In this document: piece by piece, positions 12,749 to 24,563 of the stretch
How the letters are laid out: the number at the start of each line of letters is the position of its first letter
Position numbering within the stretch: the stretch's first letter is position 1
Assembly (NCBI RefSeq): GCF_006345805.1
Contig: NC_043004.1
Span: 66,216,001-66,280,000, forward strand
Direction: 5' to 3'
Source: Octopus sinensis
Lineage: Eukaryota
DNA length: 64,000 nt
The notes under the pieces: generated by a model
The model's input: only the letters and a program-made list of their open reading frames with translations
Databases searched by the model: none
Told to the model about the DNA's origin: nothing
Translations under genes and position numbers: made by a program

Positions 12749-13318
12749 TATTGGATTGTCCGGAAAGTTCATGCTCATTTATAGTAGCATATATTTCGAC
12801 TTATTTTAGAACATTGTTGAGTCCATAAAATAGGATTTGATTACACCTCCATTAAGAGCGCAGTGTAAGCTACCTTTACGTGGAAGAAGGTTTATATTCC
12901 TATAACCTGTTTTAATTCTGTAACCCTCTAAGATGGAAGATAAGTAAGTTCATTTTCGGCACTTGATGATTTGGGAACCAGACAAAAATTGCTGCACCTT
13001 GGCTGGGATGTGTTACCCCACCCTCCGTATTCACCAGATATTGCCCCTTCGGATTTCCACTTATTTAGGTATCTGCCGAATAGTCTTAATGGTAAAAATT
13101 TCAATTCTTTGGACGACGTAAAAAGATACCTTGATGAATTATTTGCCATAAAACCACCTCAATTCTGGGAAGAGGGTATTTTCAAGTTAAAGGAAAGATG
13201 GAGACGCATTGTGCAACAAAATTGTTCATATTTAGTCGATTAAAAATGTAATGGCAAGTATTTATTGACCTTTTTGTTTCCTTTAAAAATCAGCACGAAC
13301 TTTCCGGACAAATGAATA
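12749..13318 (+). mobile_element. Internally deleted mariner element (non-autonomous), 570 bp
   Basis: TIRs TATTGGATTGTCCGGAAAGTTC / GAACTTTCCGGACAAATGAATA. ORF 12971-13243 encodes the mariner C-terminus GWDVLPHPPYSPDIAPSDFHLF...WEEGIFKLKERW. Confidence 0.9.
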
Positions 13319-13421
13319 GATCTAACAACAGATAACAGATTCGACTGGTGTTCATAATCGTTGGGTTTAGTGATTTAGTGAGCAGGAATGTAGCGTTAAC
13401 AGGTGACCATTATTTGCACAT

Positions 13422-13497
13422 ATGAAGAGTGAGAGTGAAGGGATGGATTGTAACAGACAAGATAAAGGGGTCAGACCGATCTCTAATGGAAGGTCAG
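13422..13497 (+). CDS. Candidate host coding exon (MKSESEGMDCNRQDKGVRPISNGRS), product unknown
   Basis: ATG to a strong donor CAG|GTAAGT; phase-compatible with the next candidate exon across a 125-nt GT-AG intron. No homology recognised. Confidence 0.25.
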
Positions 13498-13622
13498 GTA
13501 AGTAACCGTGTCACTCAAACGTTATGTCTTCGCTTGCAACGAATATTAAATCCTTCCATCCAAAGAAACGTGTGCAACACATGTGTGTATAGTTGGTTTA
13601 ATAGGATTTCTTCATATTGTAG

Positions 13623-13687
13623 GAAATACTTCTGGAAAGAAACAACGACGCATGGATACTGATTCCAAAAGAACTATATCTAGAAAG
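13623..13687 (+). CDS. Candidate host coding exon (GNTSGKKQRRMDTDSKRTISRK), product unknown
   Basis: Acceptor TTTCTTCATATTGTAG|, open frame in phase with 13422-13497, weak donor AAG|GTTGTA. Confidence 0.25.
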
Positions 13688-14483
13688 GTTGTAACCGCTA
13701 GCTTTAATAATTCATTATATTGCATTGGTTACATGACAAATAAGAATGAAGTGACAGAAAAATCTAATTGAAATCAAGACTAGAAAATTTATAATAGGTA
13801 GAACATGAAATTAGATTCAATAATTTTACATTTCGTGTCATTGGACCGGAAGTAACGTAAATGATTTTAAAAAGTTCAAAATATTCAGAAAACATATTTG
13901 AACGACAACGAGTTCCTGCCGTTCAAATATTCGGCTTTTAATAACGATCTCACAAACGACTCTGTAGCGGAGAGATTGAAAGTTCTGTAAAATTGTGCTC
14001 TTAGCTGCGAAATTGATTTGATCTAACTGGAATTATTGAAAATTTTCCAATGCATAGAACCTTTTCATTAAGCGACGGTCAACGTTTTCAGATCAGTATT
14101 ACAACTCTAAATTTATAATTAAAAACGAAATCACTTAATATTTTTGACTTGCTATCGAACTGATTGTAAAAAGCAATAATGCAGTGAGTCCACTTTATCA
14201 TCTCGTGTCTGTTTCTTCATTCGGTCATCGAACAGCGATTATGCTTGGACAACGCCTGTAATGGTTTGGTCGAACAAATTTCCCCAACTACATGCTTTTT
14301 AAACCTGCTTCATTTGTTGAACCGCTATGTTGCAGGGATTTAAACAAATCAAGTGTTGTTGTTAAAAGGTGGAAGGGACATACACAAACATACATACGCA
14401 CATACATAATATGTATATATACATATGCATACACACACATTCATATACATACATGTATATATATATATATATAGATGCATGTG

Positions 14484-14521
<38 letters not shown>

Positions 14522-15287
14522 TATATACATATATATACACACATACATACACACACACACTACACAAACACACACACGTATATATATGTATATATATATG
14601 AGTGTGTATATATATATTGATGTCTACGGAGGGTCGTTAACTTTGAAGCTACAGTACACGCGCACATATTGCCGCGTGGTGTGAATCAACAAGCCATCAC
14701 CTTATTACATAATAAGACTTTTGTTTACCACACATCCATATTTATTGTCTAAAATATCAAAAGAATATTTACATCTGGTTAGTTATTCATAGCATTGCAA
14801 AATTAATTTTTAAAAAGTGTAAAATTTTATATGACGTACCTCAATTTCGACAATGTGTTTACTACAAGATTTAGCTTTTCTTGTTTAGGTTATAATTTTC
14901 AGTTTATAGTAAAAACACCTAAATTTAAAGCCTGCAATGATAATGTGAATAAATATATTAGCAGGGAAAATTATACGAAACTTAACTTTGGCCAAGCATT
15001 TATTATATATATTTGGCCGTGTATTTATTACATATCATTTGGATATAAACGAAAGAAAACAAATGAAGAAATAAAAGTTGGGTAAAGATATCTTTAAACA
15101 AAAAAAAATGTGTTAGTTAGTATCTAAGATAGTTGAGTACGATTAACTAAATCTCGAATCAAAACAGTCTATGTATCAGAATTACTTTTCTACAGTGGTC
15201 AAAGGTTTATCATTATTGCTGTAGCATTCAAAGTAGTGTGCAGTCAGAAAATACTCCTATTTCAGGGATAAAGTACAAGAAATCTCA

Positions 15288-15897
15288 AATACAAAGTAAC
15301 ATTCCTTTTCTACTCTAGGCACAAGGGACGAACTTTTTGAAAGCAGTCGATTAGATCGATCTCAGTACGCAACTGGTACTTAATTTATCGACCGCGAAAG
15401 GGTGAAACGCAAAGTCGACATCCGCAGAATTTGAATTTAGAAAGTAAAGACAGACGAAATACCGCTAAGCATTTCGCCCGGCGTGCTAACGTTTCTGCCA
15501 GCTCACCGCGTTTATATACAAACTAGTATTCGTTTCTACTCTAGGCAGAAGGCCCGAAATTTTCGGGGAGTTGGCCAGTCGATTTCAACGACAACAGTAT
15601 ATAACTGGTACTTAATTTATCGACCTCGAAAGGATGAAAGGCAAAGCCGACTTCGGGGAAATTTGGACTCATATACAAAGTAATATTCTTTGTAGGCACA
15701 AAGGACAGAAAGTTTTTTTTAGGGAAGGGACTCGTCGATAAGATCGACCCAGCACGTAACTGGTTCTTAATTTATATACCCCGGAAGATGAAAGGCAAAG
15801 TGGACCTCGGCGGAGTTTGAACTCAGAACGTAAAGACAGACGAGTGTCCGCCAAGCCTTTCGCCCGCCTTGCTAACGTTTCCGCCAGCTCACCGCTT
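15288..15897 (-). mobile_element. Three head-to-tail copies of SINE family A
   Basis: Each unit contains aactggtacttaatttatcgacc..gaaag..tgaaaggcaaagtcgac...gaatttgaac; units start near 15288, 15515 and 15672 with a shared atacaaagtaa.attc..ttctactctaggcacaagg tail. Confidence 0.8.
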
Positions 15898-16433
15898 TGA
15901 TATAGAAAGTATTATCACAATAGGAATGTTTTACATTCAAATGTTCGGACACAAGTATCGTCATCAACAGAAGTGTAAGCGAAATGGATTGTTATTAAAA
16001 TTTGGTTGGGTTACTTGCTTCACCAATTACACGGAACTAAGTCGGTGAACATCACAATCACTTCTTTCGTCTGATAGAAGACAAATAAAACACAGTTTTT
16101 AAAAGTCAAACTAGTATTATCCATATCAGATAATACTTCAATTTATTTACATTATATTACATTTCGAATTTAGTAACATGGGTGTTACTGGCAGATAAAA
16201 AGCCCTCAATATTGATACAAAAGTTATATGTGTGTGAGTATACGTGTATGTACCTGCGTGTGCATGCGCGTGTGCTCGGCTTGTATGTCTGCGTACGAGT
16301 ATATGTGCGTGCGTACGTGTTTGAGTGCCTGAATGTGTGAGTGTATGGTTTTAACTAGATTGATAAAAATGATAGATATATATCAACCGAGAAGAGAGAC
16401 AGGGCGAGTAACCAACACACGTACACTGCCACT

Positions 16434-16482
<49 letters not shown>

Positions 16483-16554
16483 ATACATATATATGTATAT
16501 CTATCTATATATATATACATATATATACATGTATATATATACATATATATATAT

Positions 16555-16602
<48 letters not shown>

Positions 16603-16605
<3 letters not shown>

Positions 16606-16752
16606 GGAGTAAACACATAAATGTGAAACAAGGTGGAACAAAGAGTACTCAATACCAGTGATAGAGTAATATGCTTTATTAAAGCAGCAGAAAATTCAAC
16701 AAACCCTGTTACTTTGAGTTTCCCGTTGCCGTTCACCGGACAGTTTTTGCTA

Positions 16753-16754
<2 letters not shown>
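16603..16754 (-). mobile_element. 152-bp (TA)n-flanked repeat with a degenerate hammerhead (same family as 23451-23600)
   Basis: Reverse complement is highly similar along its length to 23451-23600; core mutated to CCGGTGA and helix III to CTC-A-AAG. Confidence 0.8.
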
Positions 16755-16810
<56 letters not shown>

Positions 16811-17177
16811 CACACACACACATATAAACACACGCACTCATATATATGTAGAGAGATATAAAAAGAGACACAGCGAGATTGATCAACAGACGGACTGATA
16901 GAGTTTTTCCGATGTGTCTACATTGACATAAGTTGATGGTCATGAACTCGATACAATTATCAGTGATTATTAATATGTTCTAAATAACACTGTTTTGAGT
17001 GCCAATTAAAACTGTTTATTTACCTGTCTCTATTTTAATTAAATATCTACAGTTCATTATTGCAAGGTGTGTATAGGTTGCGACAATTTAAGTTTTAATG
17101 AGGATTTTATCGGAATTTCCTATTAAAATGGTCATCTGCTAAGTAATTGCCGCCTGAACTAATATATATTGTTGATG

Positions 17178-17240
<63 letters not shown>

Positions 17241-17250
17241 ACTATGTATA

Positions 17251-17282
<32 letters not shown>

Positions 17283-17370
17283 CTCATTCTTATATATCAT
17301 ATAAAAATAATATTCATGGTAATATGATAATGATAATAATAAAATAATAATAATAATAATATAATAATAA

Positions 17371-17402
<32 letters not shown>

Positions 17403-17457
17403 TAATATTTATTATTATTATTATTACCATTATTATTATTGTTATGATTATTATTAC

Positions 17458-17499
<42 letters not shown>

Positions 17500-17500
<1 letters not shown>

Positions 17501-18290
17501 GCATGCACAATCTCAGCTTTATTATGCTGGGTATTGTGGGAATTGTCAGCCGCCACAGCCACCACACTAAGCAGGCACGTATTTATTCATCATAATTTTA
17601 GAACTCTCTGGAGGACTCTTGTACTTCCAAGCAACGATGAATTTTGTAAGTGTTCTATTTTTACACTCGTTGTTGTGTTTTTGATCGATGTTGTTAGTTG
17701 GATATTCATAATTCTATATGCACATATCTCCATTGGCATCACGTCCACTTTCGGCATTTAAACCCTCCATATTTTCCACTCCCATTCATCATTGTAGCTC
17801 CTCTATCTTCTTTCTCTTCAATCCTGTTGTCACCAGGATATGCTACCTCAGTTATCTGGCATTTTCGTTCCTTTTCTCTTCACTACAACAATGCCACGTT
17901 TCCGAATTTTAATCTCACCAACTCCTTCTAGGATTTGGTTATATAATGTATTTCATCTTTCACAACCAAAATTTCCCCAAGGCTGCCAATGGAGCATTTT
18001 TCCGCCAAACAATCTGCATTTGTCGCTCTCATTTGATTTTTCAATTGTGCACTTCACATCATTTGTCCTAAATCCTTGCTCTCTGTCGCACGTATAAATG
18101 TTTTGTTTCCATCTTCAATACACTCCTCCTCATCCAAAATAAGTAGCCTTCTGCATCAGACCTGCCTCACATATCCCATGCAAACTCTTCGCAGATATCT
18201 TCCTTTCAATGACATCTCCTTTTTCATGATTCTATCCTCTTACATTTTTTCTTTCTTAACAAAATTGTCAATTGTGATGCTGCTGGGCAT
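17500..18290 (-). mobile_element. Decayed R4/Dong-clade LINE, 3' region, with (TAA)n tail at 17320-17500
   Basis: GFRTNDVKCTIEKSNESDKCRLFG (cf. QALRTN.IK..ID...S.KCRLC) and KIEHLQNSSLLGSTRVLQRVLKL*. Confidence 0.7.
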
Positions 18291-18412
18291 TTGTCTTTAC
18301 GTTCGAGGGTGAAAGCTGTCCGCGATTTAGCTTTGCCTTTCATGCTTTTTTCGGATCGATAGCGTAAATACCGTCTAAATTTAGGGTCGTTGTAATCGAT
18401 TAGCTCCTCTGC
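18290..18412 (-). mobile_element. SINE family A remnant
   Basis: Reverse complement gaggagctaatcgattacaacgaccct...gaaaggcaaagc...aacgtaaagac matches other family A copies. Confidence 0.55.
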
Positions 18413-18439
18413 CAAAATGTCATGCCATTAGTAGAAAGA

Positions 18440-18539
18440 ATCATCATCATCCTCGTCAAAATGATGATGATGATGATGATGATGATGATCATCATCATCA
18501 TCATCATCGTCGTCATCATCATCGTCATCATCATCATCG

Positions 18540-18582
<43 letters not shown>

Positions 18583-18752
18583 CATCAAAATCATCATCAT
18601 CATCATCATCATTATGATCATCATGATCATTATGATCATCATGATCATCATCGTCATCATCATCATCGTCATCATCATCATCATCATCATCATCATCACC
18701 AAAATCATCTTCATCATCATCATCATCATCATCACCATCATCATCATCATCG

Positions 18753-18789
<37 letters not shown>

Positions 18790-18893
18790 CATCAAAATCA
18801 TCATCATCATGATCATCATTATGATCATCATGATCATTATGATCATCATGATCATTATGATCATCATGATCATCATCGTCATCATCATCATCG

Positions 18894-18968
<75 letters not shown>

Positions 18969-18986
18969 CCATCATCATCATCATCG

Positions 18987-19020
<34 letters not shown>

Positions 19021-19030
19021 TATCATCATA
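18440..19030. repeat. (ATC)n/(GAT)n microsatellite with higher-order duplication
   Basis: Direct reading; variant markers cctcatcaaaatc at 18581 and 18787, caccatcatcatcatcatcgtc at 18733 and 18967. Confidence 0.95.
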
Positions 19031-19420
19031 TGAAAACTCACAGTTAATTTTGCTGGGAAAGTGTTAGCTGTCCGCAGCCAGCAGACTAAGTTCACTCTTG
19101 TTAAATGGTCATGCTTCGAGAACCCTGCGAACACTTCTTGCAGTTCCAAGCAATGCTGATTTTTGAAAGTGTTCTACCTTCACACTTGCACCAATCTTTT
19201 TCAGCCATGTTGGTAGTTGAGTGCTGATACTTCCAAGTGCACCAATTACTATTGTATCACGTCTACTCTCTTCAATTTTTATTCACCCCGACAGTGTCCG
19301 GTTTCCGATGTCTGGTCGGGTGATTGCATCCCACAAAATTTTGTAATTCAAATGATCGCACTGGATCATTGCATCCCACAGGATTTTGCAATTCAAATGA
19401 TCACACTTGATCCTTGCAGC
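19030..19420 (-). mobile_element. R4/Dong-clade LINE 3' end between (TAA)n and (GAT)n arrays
   Basis: KILWDA..RPDI ... IVIGALGSISTQLPTWLKKIG...FQKSALLGTARSVRRVLEA*: restriction-like endonuclease region and conserved C-terminus. Confidence 0.8.
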
Positions 19421-19460
19421 CCACGTTATTATTATTATTATATTATTATTATTATTATTA

Positions 19461-19551
<91 letters not shown>

Positions 19552-20086
19552 TATTATTATTATTATTATATTATTATATTATTATTATTACTACGTCGCG
19601 TAGTATACAATATCGTGAGGTTGTTGATTACACAGGAAGTCTTAGTCACATGAAGGGCGAAGTTAATCATCAAGCTGGAATTGTGAGTTTGCACGGCGGG
19701 CATTACACGGCAATCGTACTTGTAATTATTTGATTATACAAGAAAATATAGACATTTTTACTATCAAAAATATTCTAATAATCTAATTCAAAATTTTCTC
19801 CAAGAGGAATTTTGATTAGTACAATATAATATTATGATGTTTACATAAAATATTACATGACCAATCTAGCAGAAATTTCAGATATATTCCACATTAAGAA
19901 GTGATTGTTTTTGTCATATAATCGTTTACACATTAGAAACAGAACCGCCGACTATATAATTAATCAACAGACGGGTAAATAAACTTTAATAATTGGGTGA
20001 CAAAAAGACGAAATTGAAATTTCCTATTGCCGGAACGATAATATATTGAAGTTTGATATTACGGATACATATGTATGTATATATAT

Positions 20087-20171
<85 letters not shown>

Positions 20172-20173
20172 TC

Positions 20174-20210
<37 letters not shown>

Positions 20211-20317
20211 CAGAGACAGGCATACACACTCATGCACACACACAGATACACATATACACACAGACACACACACACACTCATATATATATATATGTATATA
20301 TATATATATTATATATA

Positions 20318-20369
<52 letters not shown>

Positions 20370-20370
<1 letters not shown>

Positions 20371-20611
20371 CTTTTATTCTTTTATTTGTTTCACTCAATT
20401 GACCGCCACCATGCTGGAGCACCACATTAAGGATTTTTAGTCGAACAAATCGACCCTAGGGCTTGTTCTTTATAAGCTAAGATTTTATTTTATTGGTCAC
20501 TTTTGCCGAACCGCTAGTGACGCCAACAACGGTTTTCAAAGCGAGGGTAGGGGTACAAACGCACACATACTCAGAGACAAACAGACACACTCACACACAA
20601 ATACACACATA

Positions 20612-20672
<61 letters not shown>

Positions 20673-20820
20673 CGTCGGGCTTATTTCAGTTTTCCTCTAC
20701 AAATTCAGTGGCAAGGTTAGGGCTGCCTGATGCTATAGTAGAAGACACTTGCCCAAGATGACACGCAGTGGGTTTTCCACCGGCACCAAATTGTTGGAAA
20801 GCAAGCTTCTTACCACACAG
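20370..20820 (-). mobile_element. SINE family C with internal (CA)n/(TA)n tract
   Basis: Bipartite match to 31100-31540 (ccatgctggagcacc...ttttgccgaaccgct and ctatagtagaagacacttgcccaag). Confidence 0.75.
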
Positions 20821-20825
20821 AAGAG

Positions 20826-20845
20826 CGAAACTAGAAGAAGCACGT

Positions 20846-20915
<70 letters not shown>

Positions 20916-21090
20916 GTATGTATGTTTGTGTGAATATGTTTCTGTGTCTGTGTTTGTCCTCCAGCATTGTTTACCGGTTCGGCAAAAGGAACCGATAAAC
21001 AAAGCTTACAAAGAATAAGTCTTGGTGTCAATTTGCTCGACTCGGGGTGGTACTCCAGCATGTCCGCAAAGGACTGAAACAAGCAAGAGA
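20826..21090 (+). mobile_element. SINE family C, 3' half, inverted relative to 20370-20700
   Basis: gaagaagcacgt(TA)n...cggttcggcaaaag.accgat...tactccagcatg...gactgaaacaag is the reverse complement of the neighbouring copy. Confidence 0.7.
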
Positions 21091-21399
21091 GAAAAAATTT
21101 AATGATATTTTTCAATGTAAATTTTTATGCGTAATTTTTCTTGTCAAATGTTCTGAATTTCTCGAAAATGTGCCAACAGATATTTAGATGTACCTGTCAT
21201 GTCTAAGGATTCACCTGGTATCTCTACTCTATTTTCATTTACTGTTGTCAGGTTATTAAAAATAGGTAGTAAGGTATTTTTAATACTGAGTAAATTAATG
21301 ATATCTGCCAGAATTTAAGATATCTGAGGTAAGGTATTTGAGGACACAAATTTTTTGTGTCATTGCTGCAATTTTGCTAACACTGTATAATCTTTGTTT

Positions 21400-22290
21400 C
21401 AGAAAATATTAATGGAAGAACCTCAGCTTACTCAAGAAATGAAGAGTCATGCTGTTATTGTGGTTATAAAGGCTGAACAGAGGGATTTAGGAATATCTCG
21501 ATTTTTTTAAAGTTCCCAGATATTTCGTCTCTAAAGTTTGTAGGGAGCGAGAAACTTAAGATGGAAACATATCACCGGTATCAAAGCAAAACAAAAAGCA
21601 TTCTAAACGCTCTGAAATCATCAGGACACCTGAATGTATCCAGCAAGTTGGACAGACCATTGATTACAATGCCGGAAATACATGAGGTCAGTCGCAAAAG
21701 ATCTCCATGTGGCAGAAGGAACAATCACAGTTTTTGTCCAAGACGACATGAGATATATGTTTTATATGATGAGGATATGTCTATATGTCAGAAAAAGCAA
21801 AAGAAAATTACTACATCAGATCTAAAAGGCTCCTAACCAAACTTCAAAATCCAACAGAAGAAGGTTTGATTTCGTTTTTCTCAAACGAGAAAAATCTCGA
21901 CCAAGGTCAAAAAGTTAACAAAAGAAAAGGCAGATGGTTATGCGCAAACCACTCTCCCGCCTACATTGAGGCTCTGGAAATAATTGTTAAGCCCTGGATA
22001 TACACTGTATGCAATAGAAGGCTATATGTGTTTCAGGAAGACCCTTCACTATCATATATGGCTCTAGTAACACAGGAATTGATGGCTGAAAATTTTGATG
22101 ATCACATAACCCCTAACATCTGGTCTCCTAATTCCCCAGATCTCAATCCATTGGACTATTAAATGTGGAGCGTTGTTCAGAGAGAGATCAAGGAATACGC
22201 CCATAACACCAAAGATTCTTTGAAAACTGCCATAGTCAGAGTAATGCCCAAAATGAACCAAGAGCACTTGAATGGCCCATGTAGATTATT
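21400..22290 (+). mobile_element. Decayed Tc1/mariner-superfamily transposase (maT/DD37D-like)
   Basis: FFSNEKNLDQGQKVN..GRWLC, VFQED, IWSPNSPDLNPLDY*MWSVV. Confidence 0.75.
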
Positions 22291-22301
22291 TAGATCTCAT
22301 A

Positions 22302-22477
22302 TACGAGGGGCGTATGAAAACTTTTGAGCCTTCAAGGCGTTTGAGCCTTCAAGGCGTTTGAGCCTTCAGGGCGTTTGAGCCTTCAGGGCGTTTGAGCCTT
22401 GAAGTCTTGTACCTATATTCGAAGTCTTGTACCGTTTTGTTTTTTTGAGGCTCAATACATTTCATACATCTTTCGTA
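22302..22477. mobile_element. Mariner-type MITE with internal 17-bp tandem repeat
   Basis: Left TACGAGGGGCGTATGAAAACTTTTGAGCC; right reverse complement TACGAAAGATGTATGAAATGTATTGAGCC; TTTGAGCCTTCARGGCG x4.6 at 22323-22400. Confidence 0.7.
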
Positions 22478-23370
22478 GAAGCAGTTGTTGAGATATACAT
22501 ACATACATACATACGTACACACACAAACAGTCATACATAAATACATACATATATGCATATGCCAGGTAGTCTCCTGGGGGTGAACGAGAGTAACGTCGAA
22601 GTCACATGCAACTAATTCTTCTAAAAATAGCAAAAATCAAGTTTACTGAAAGTATTAGCATATCCTTAGATTCAATGCTTAAGTAATTTCATGTGTGACT
22701 AGACGTAAAAACAAGTATTAATATACATATACATACCTATAGGTATATAGATAGTAAGAGAAAGAAATAGTGAGTGAGAAAAAGAGTGAGGTGGGGAAGT
22801 GCGTTAGTTTGATGTGTGCATTTGTGTGTACATGTCTTCGTGAACGTGCGTTTCTCGGTGTTTCTATATGTATTCGTATATACTCATATATATGTGTGTC
22901 TGCCCGTTCCTATCGAATGACACATATAACGATACTTCCCCTTATTCCCTGCCGGAATCAACCTGGATGTTAATCAATCTGAATGGCAACAGCCATCTGA
23001 AGTTTACAAAATGTGACAGCTTCTCTATGTCGTAAATTATAACACGTTTCTAAGCAAACTTCTCTATTGTTTCTGTGAGTCCTATGGGGATTGTACATTA
23101 CCTATACGTTCAGTTGAATATACTTCTGTGTACCGGTGTAATACCACATATTTCACTGGTTTACAGATACAGTTAGCTAACGTATACCGTATAACACCCT
23201 TTGGTGTGATCGTTGTTCGTAATGGTTGTGACACACATTAGTTGAGATTGAGATTACTGTGATATAAGCCATTCTAGACCTATAGATCTCGAAATATTTT
23301 ATATATCTCCATATGTGTCTATATTTATATGACAGTAGGTGCACAAATGATTATATATATATATATATAC

Positions 23371-23597
23371 TTTATTTAAAGCAGCAGAAAATTCAACAAA
23401 ATGTGTTACTCTGAGTTTCTCGTTGCCGTTCATCAGACAGTTTTTGTTGGAAAAACTGTCTGATGAACGGCAACGAGAAACTCAGAGTAACAGATTTTGT
23501 TCAATTTTCTGCTGCTTTAAATAAAGCATATTACTCTACCACTGGTATTTGAGTACTCTTTTTTTTCCACCTTGTTTCACATTTATGTGTTTACTCC

Positions 23598-23600
<3 letters not shown>
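23371..23600. mobile_element. Inverted-duplicated (TA)n-flanked repeat (75-bp arms, 5-nt spacer), Penelope inverted-pLTR-like
   Basis: 23371-23445 is the reverse complement of 23451-23525 with 2 mismatches; the right unit continues to 23600 and matches 16603-16754. Confidence 0.85.
23451..23493 (+). ncRNA. Minimal type I hammerhead motif (a second copy lies on the minus strand at 23403-23445)
   Basis: CTGT(23456-59)/ACAG(23490-93) helix I; core CTGATGA(23460-66); CG-GCAA-CG helix II flanked by A/A; GAAA(23477-80); ACTC-A-GAGT helix III; GUA cleavage at 23489. Confidence 0.6.
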
Positions 23601-23679
<79 letters not shown>

Positions 23680-23820
23680 TGTGTAAAATGATATATAACT
23701 TTATATAGCTCCCACGCGTTTGTAGCCCTATATATATATTATGAATACATCTTGATCTTGTAGTCTTCGTGGCAGGCATCGTAAATGTGCATTTATATTA
23801 TAGTGTTCCTCTGGAATTCA

Positions 23821-24125
23821 TTTTATCAGCCCTCGAAGTTTGAAAGGTAAATTCGACTTCGGCGGAATTTGAACTCAGGAAGTAATTATAATCGAAATAC
23901 CGCAAAGCCTTAAGTCCGACGTAGTACTCATTCTTTATTCTTTCATATATTAGATATTCATTAAGGCAGCGAGCTGGTAGAAACATTTGCACGCCGGGCG
24001 AAATACTTAGCTGTATTTCGTCAGTCTTTACGTTCTGAGTTCAAATACCTCCAAGGTCAACTTTGCCTTTCATCCATTCAGCGGTCGATGAATTAAGTAC
24101 CGGCCGCGGCCCCCTCGCCGAAATT
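23821..24125. mobile_element. Head-to-head pair of SINE family A copies (minus 23821-23925, plus 23963-24125)
   Basis: ggcagcgagctggtagaaac...gttctgagttcaaat...aggtcaactttgcctttcatcc and its reverse complement immediately upstream. Confidence 0.75.
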
Positions 24126-24169
24126 TCAGGTTTTGTGCGTAGAGTATAACAGATTATATATTCTTTGAT

Positions 24170-24370
24170 ATATATATAATTCTGCTTGACCGCTAAAATC
24201 GACAACTTTTTTCATTCACTCTCTGTTTATTTTCTCTTATTTCTTTCTGTTGAAGAGCATAGGCTGGAAGCGTAAAATACTTATTCACTTTTCTCGAGCG
24301 TCAAACTAATACACTTCTTTGTTGCTCATACACCTGTCTTCGTCTTTTCTGTTTTTATAAATTTCAACTA
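24170..24370 (+). mobile_element. (TA)n-flanked short repeat with degenerate hammerhead-like motif at 24244-24278
   Basis: TTT-CTGTTGA-A-GAGC-ATAG-GCTG-GAAG-CGT-A-AAA follows the layout of the 1172 motif but with core substitutions. Confidence 0.45.
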
Positions 24371-24479
24371 TATATAACTATACATATTTCGCTTGCCCTT
24401 GCGCGGTGGATTTGGAAAATTATAATACATAAGCAGTGGACACATGCTGCATTGCCTCATAACTATATGTTTAATATAG

Positions 24480-24563
24480 GCGTATCTGTTGATGAAGACT
24501 TCACCAAGCAAATTATTTTATTTGCTAATATAAAGTCAGAAACCATGGTCCAGGAGATAGATG
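24480..24563 (+). CDS. Candidate 84-nt phase 1-1 host exon (VSVDEDFTKQIILFANIKSETMVQEID), product unknown
   Basis: TGTTTAATATAG| acceptor, G|GTAAAT donor, open frame, non-repetitive composition. Confidence 0.3.

Noticed and set aside
22323-22400. CRISPR-like direct repeats
   Set aside because: Units are contiguous with no spacers, inside a MITE, in eukaryotic DNA.
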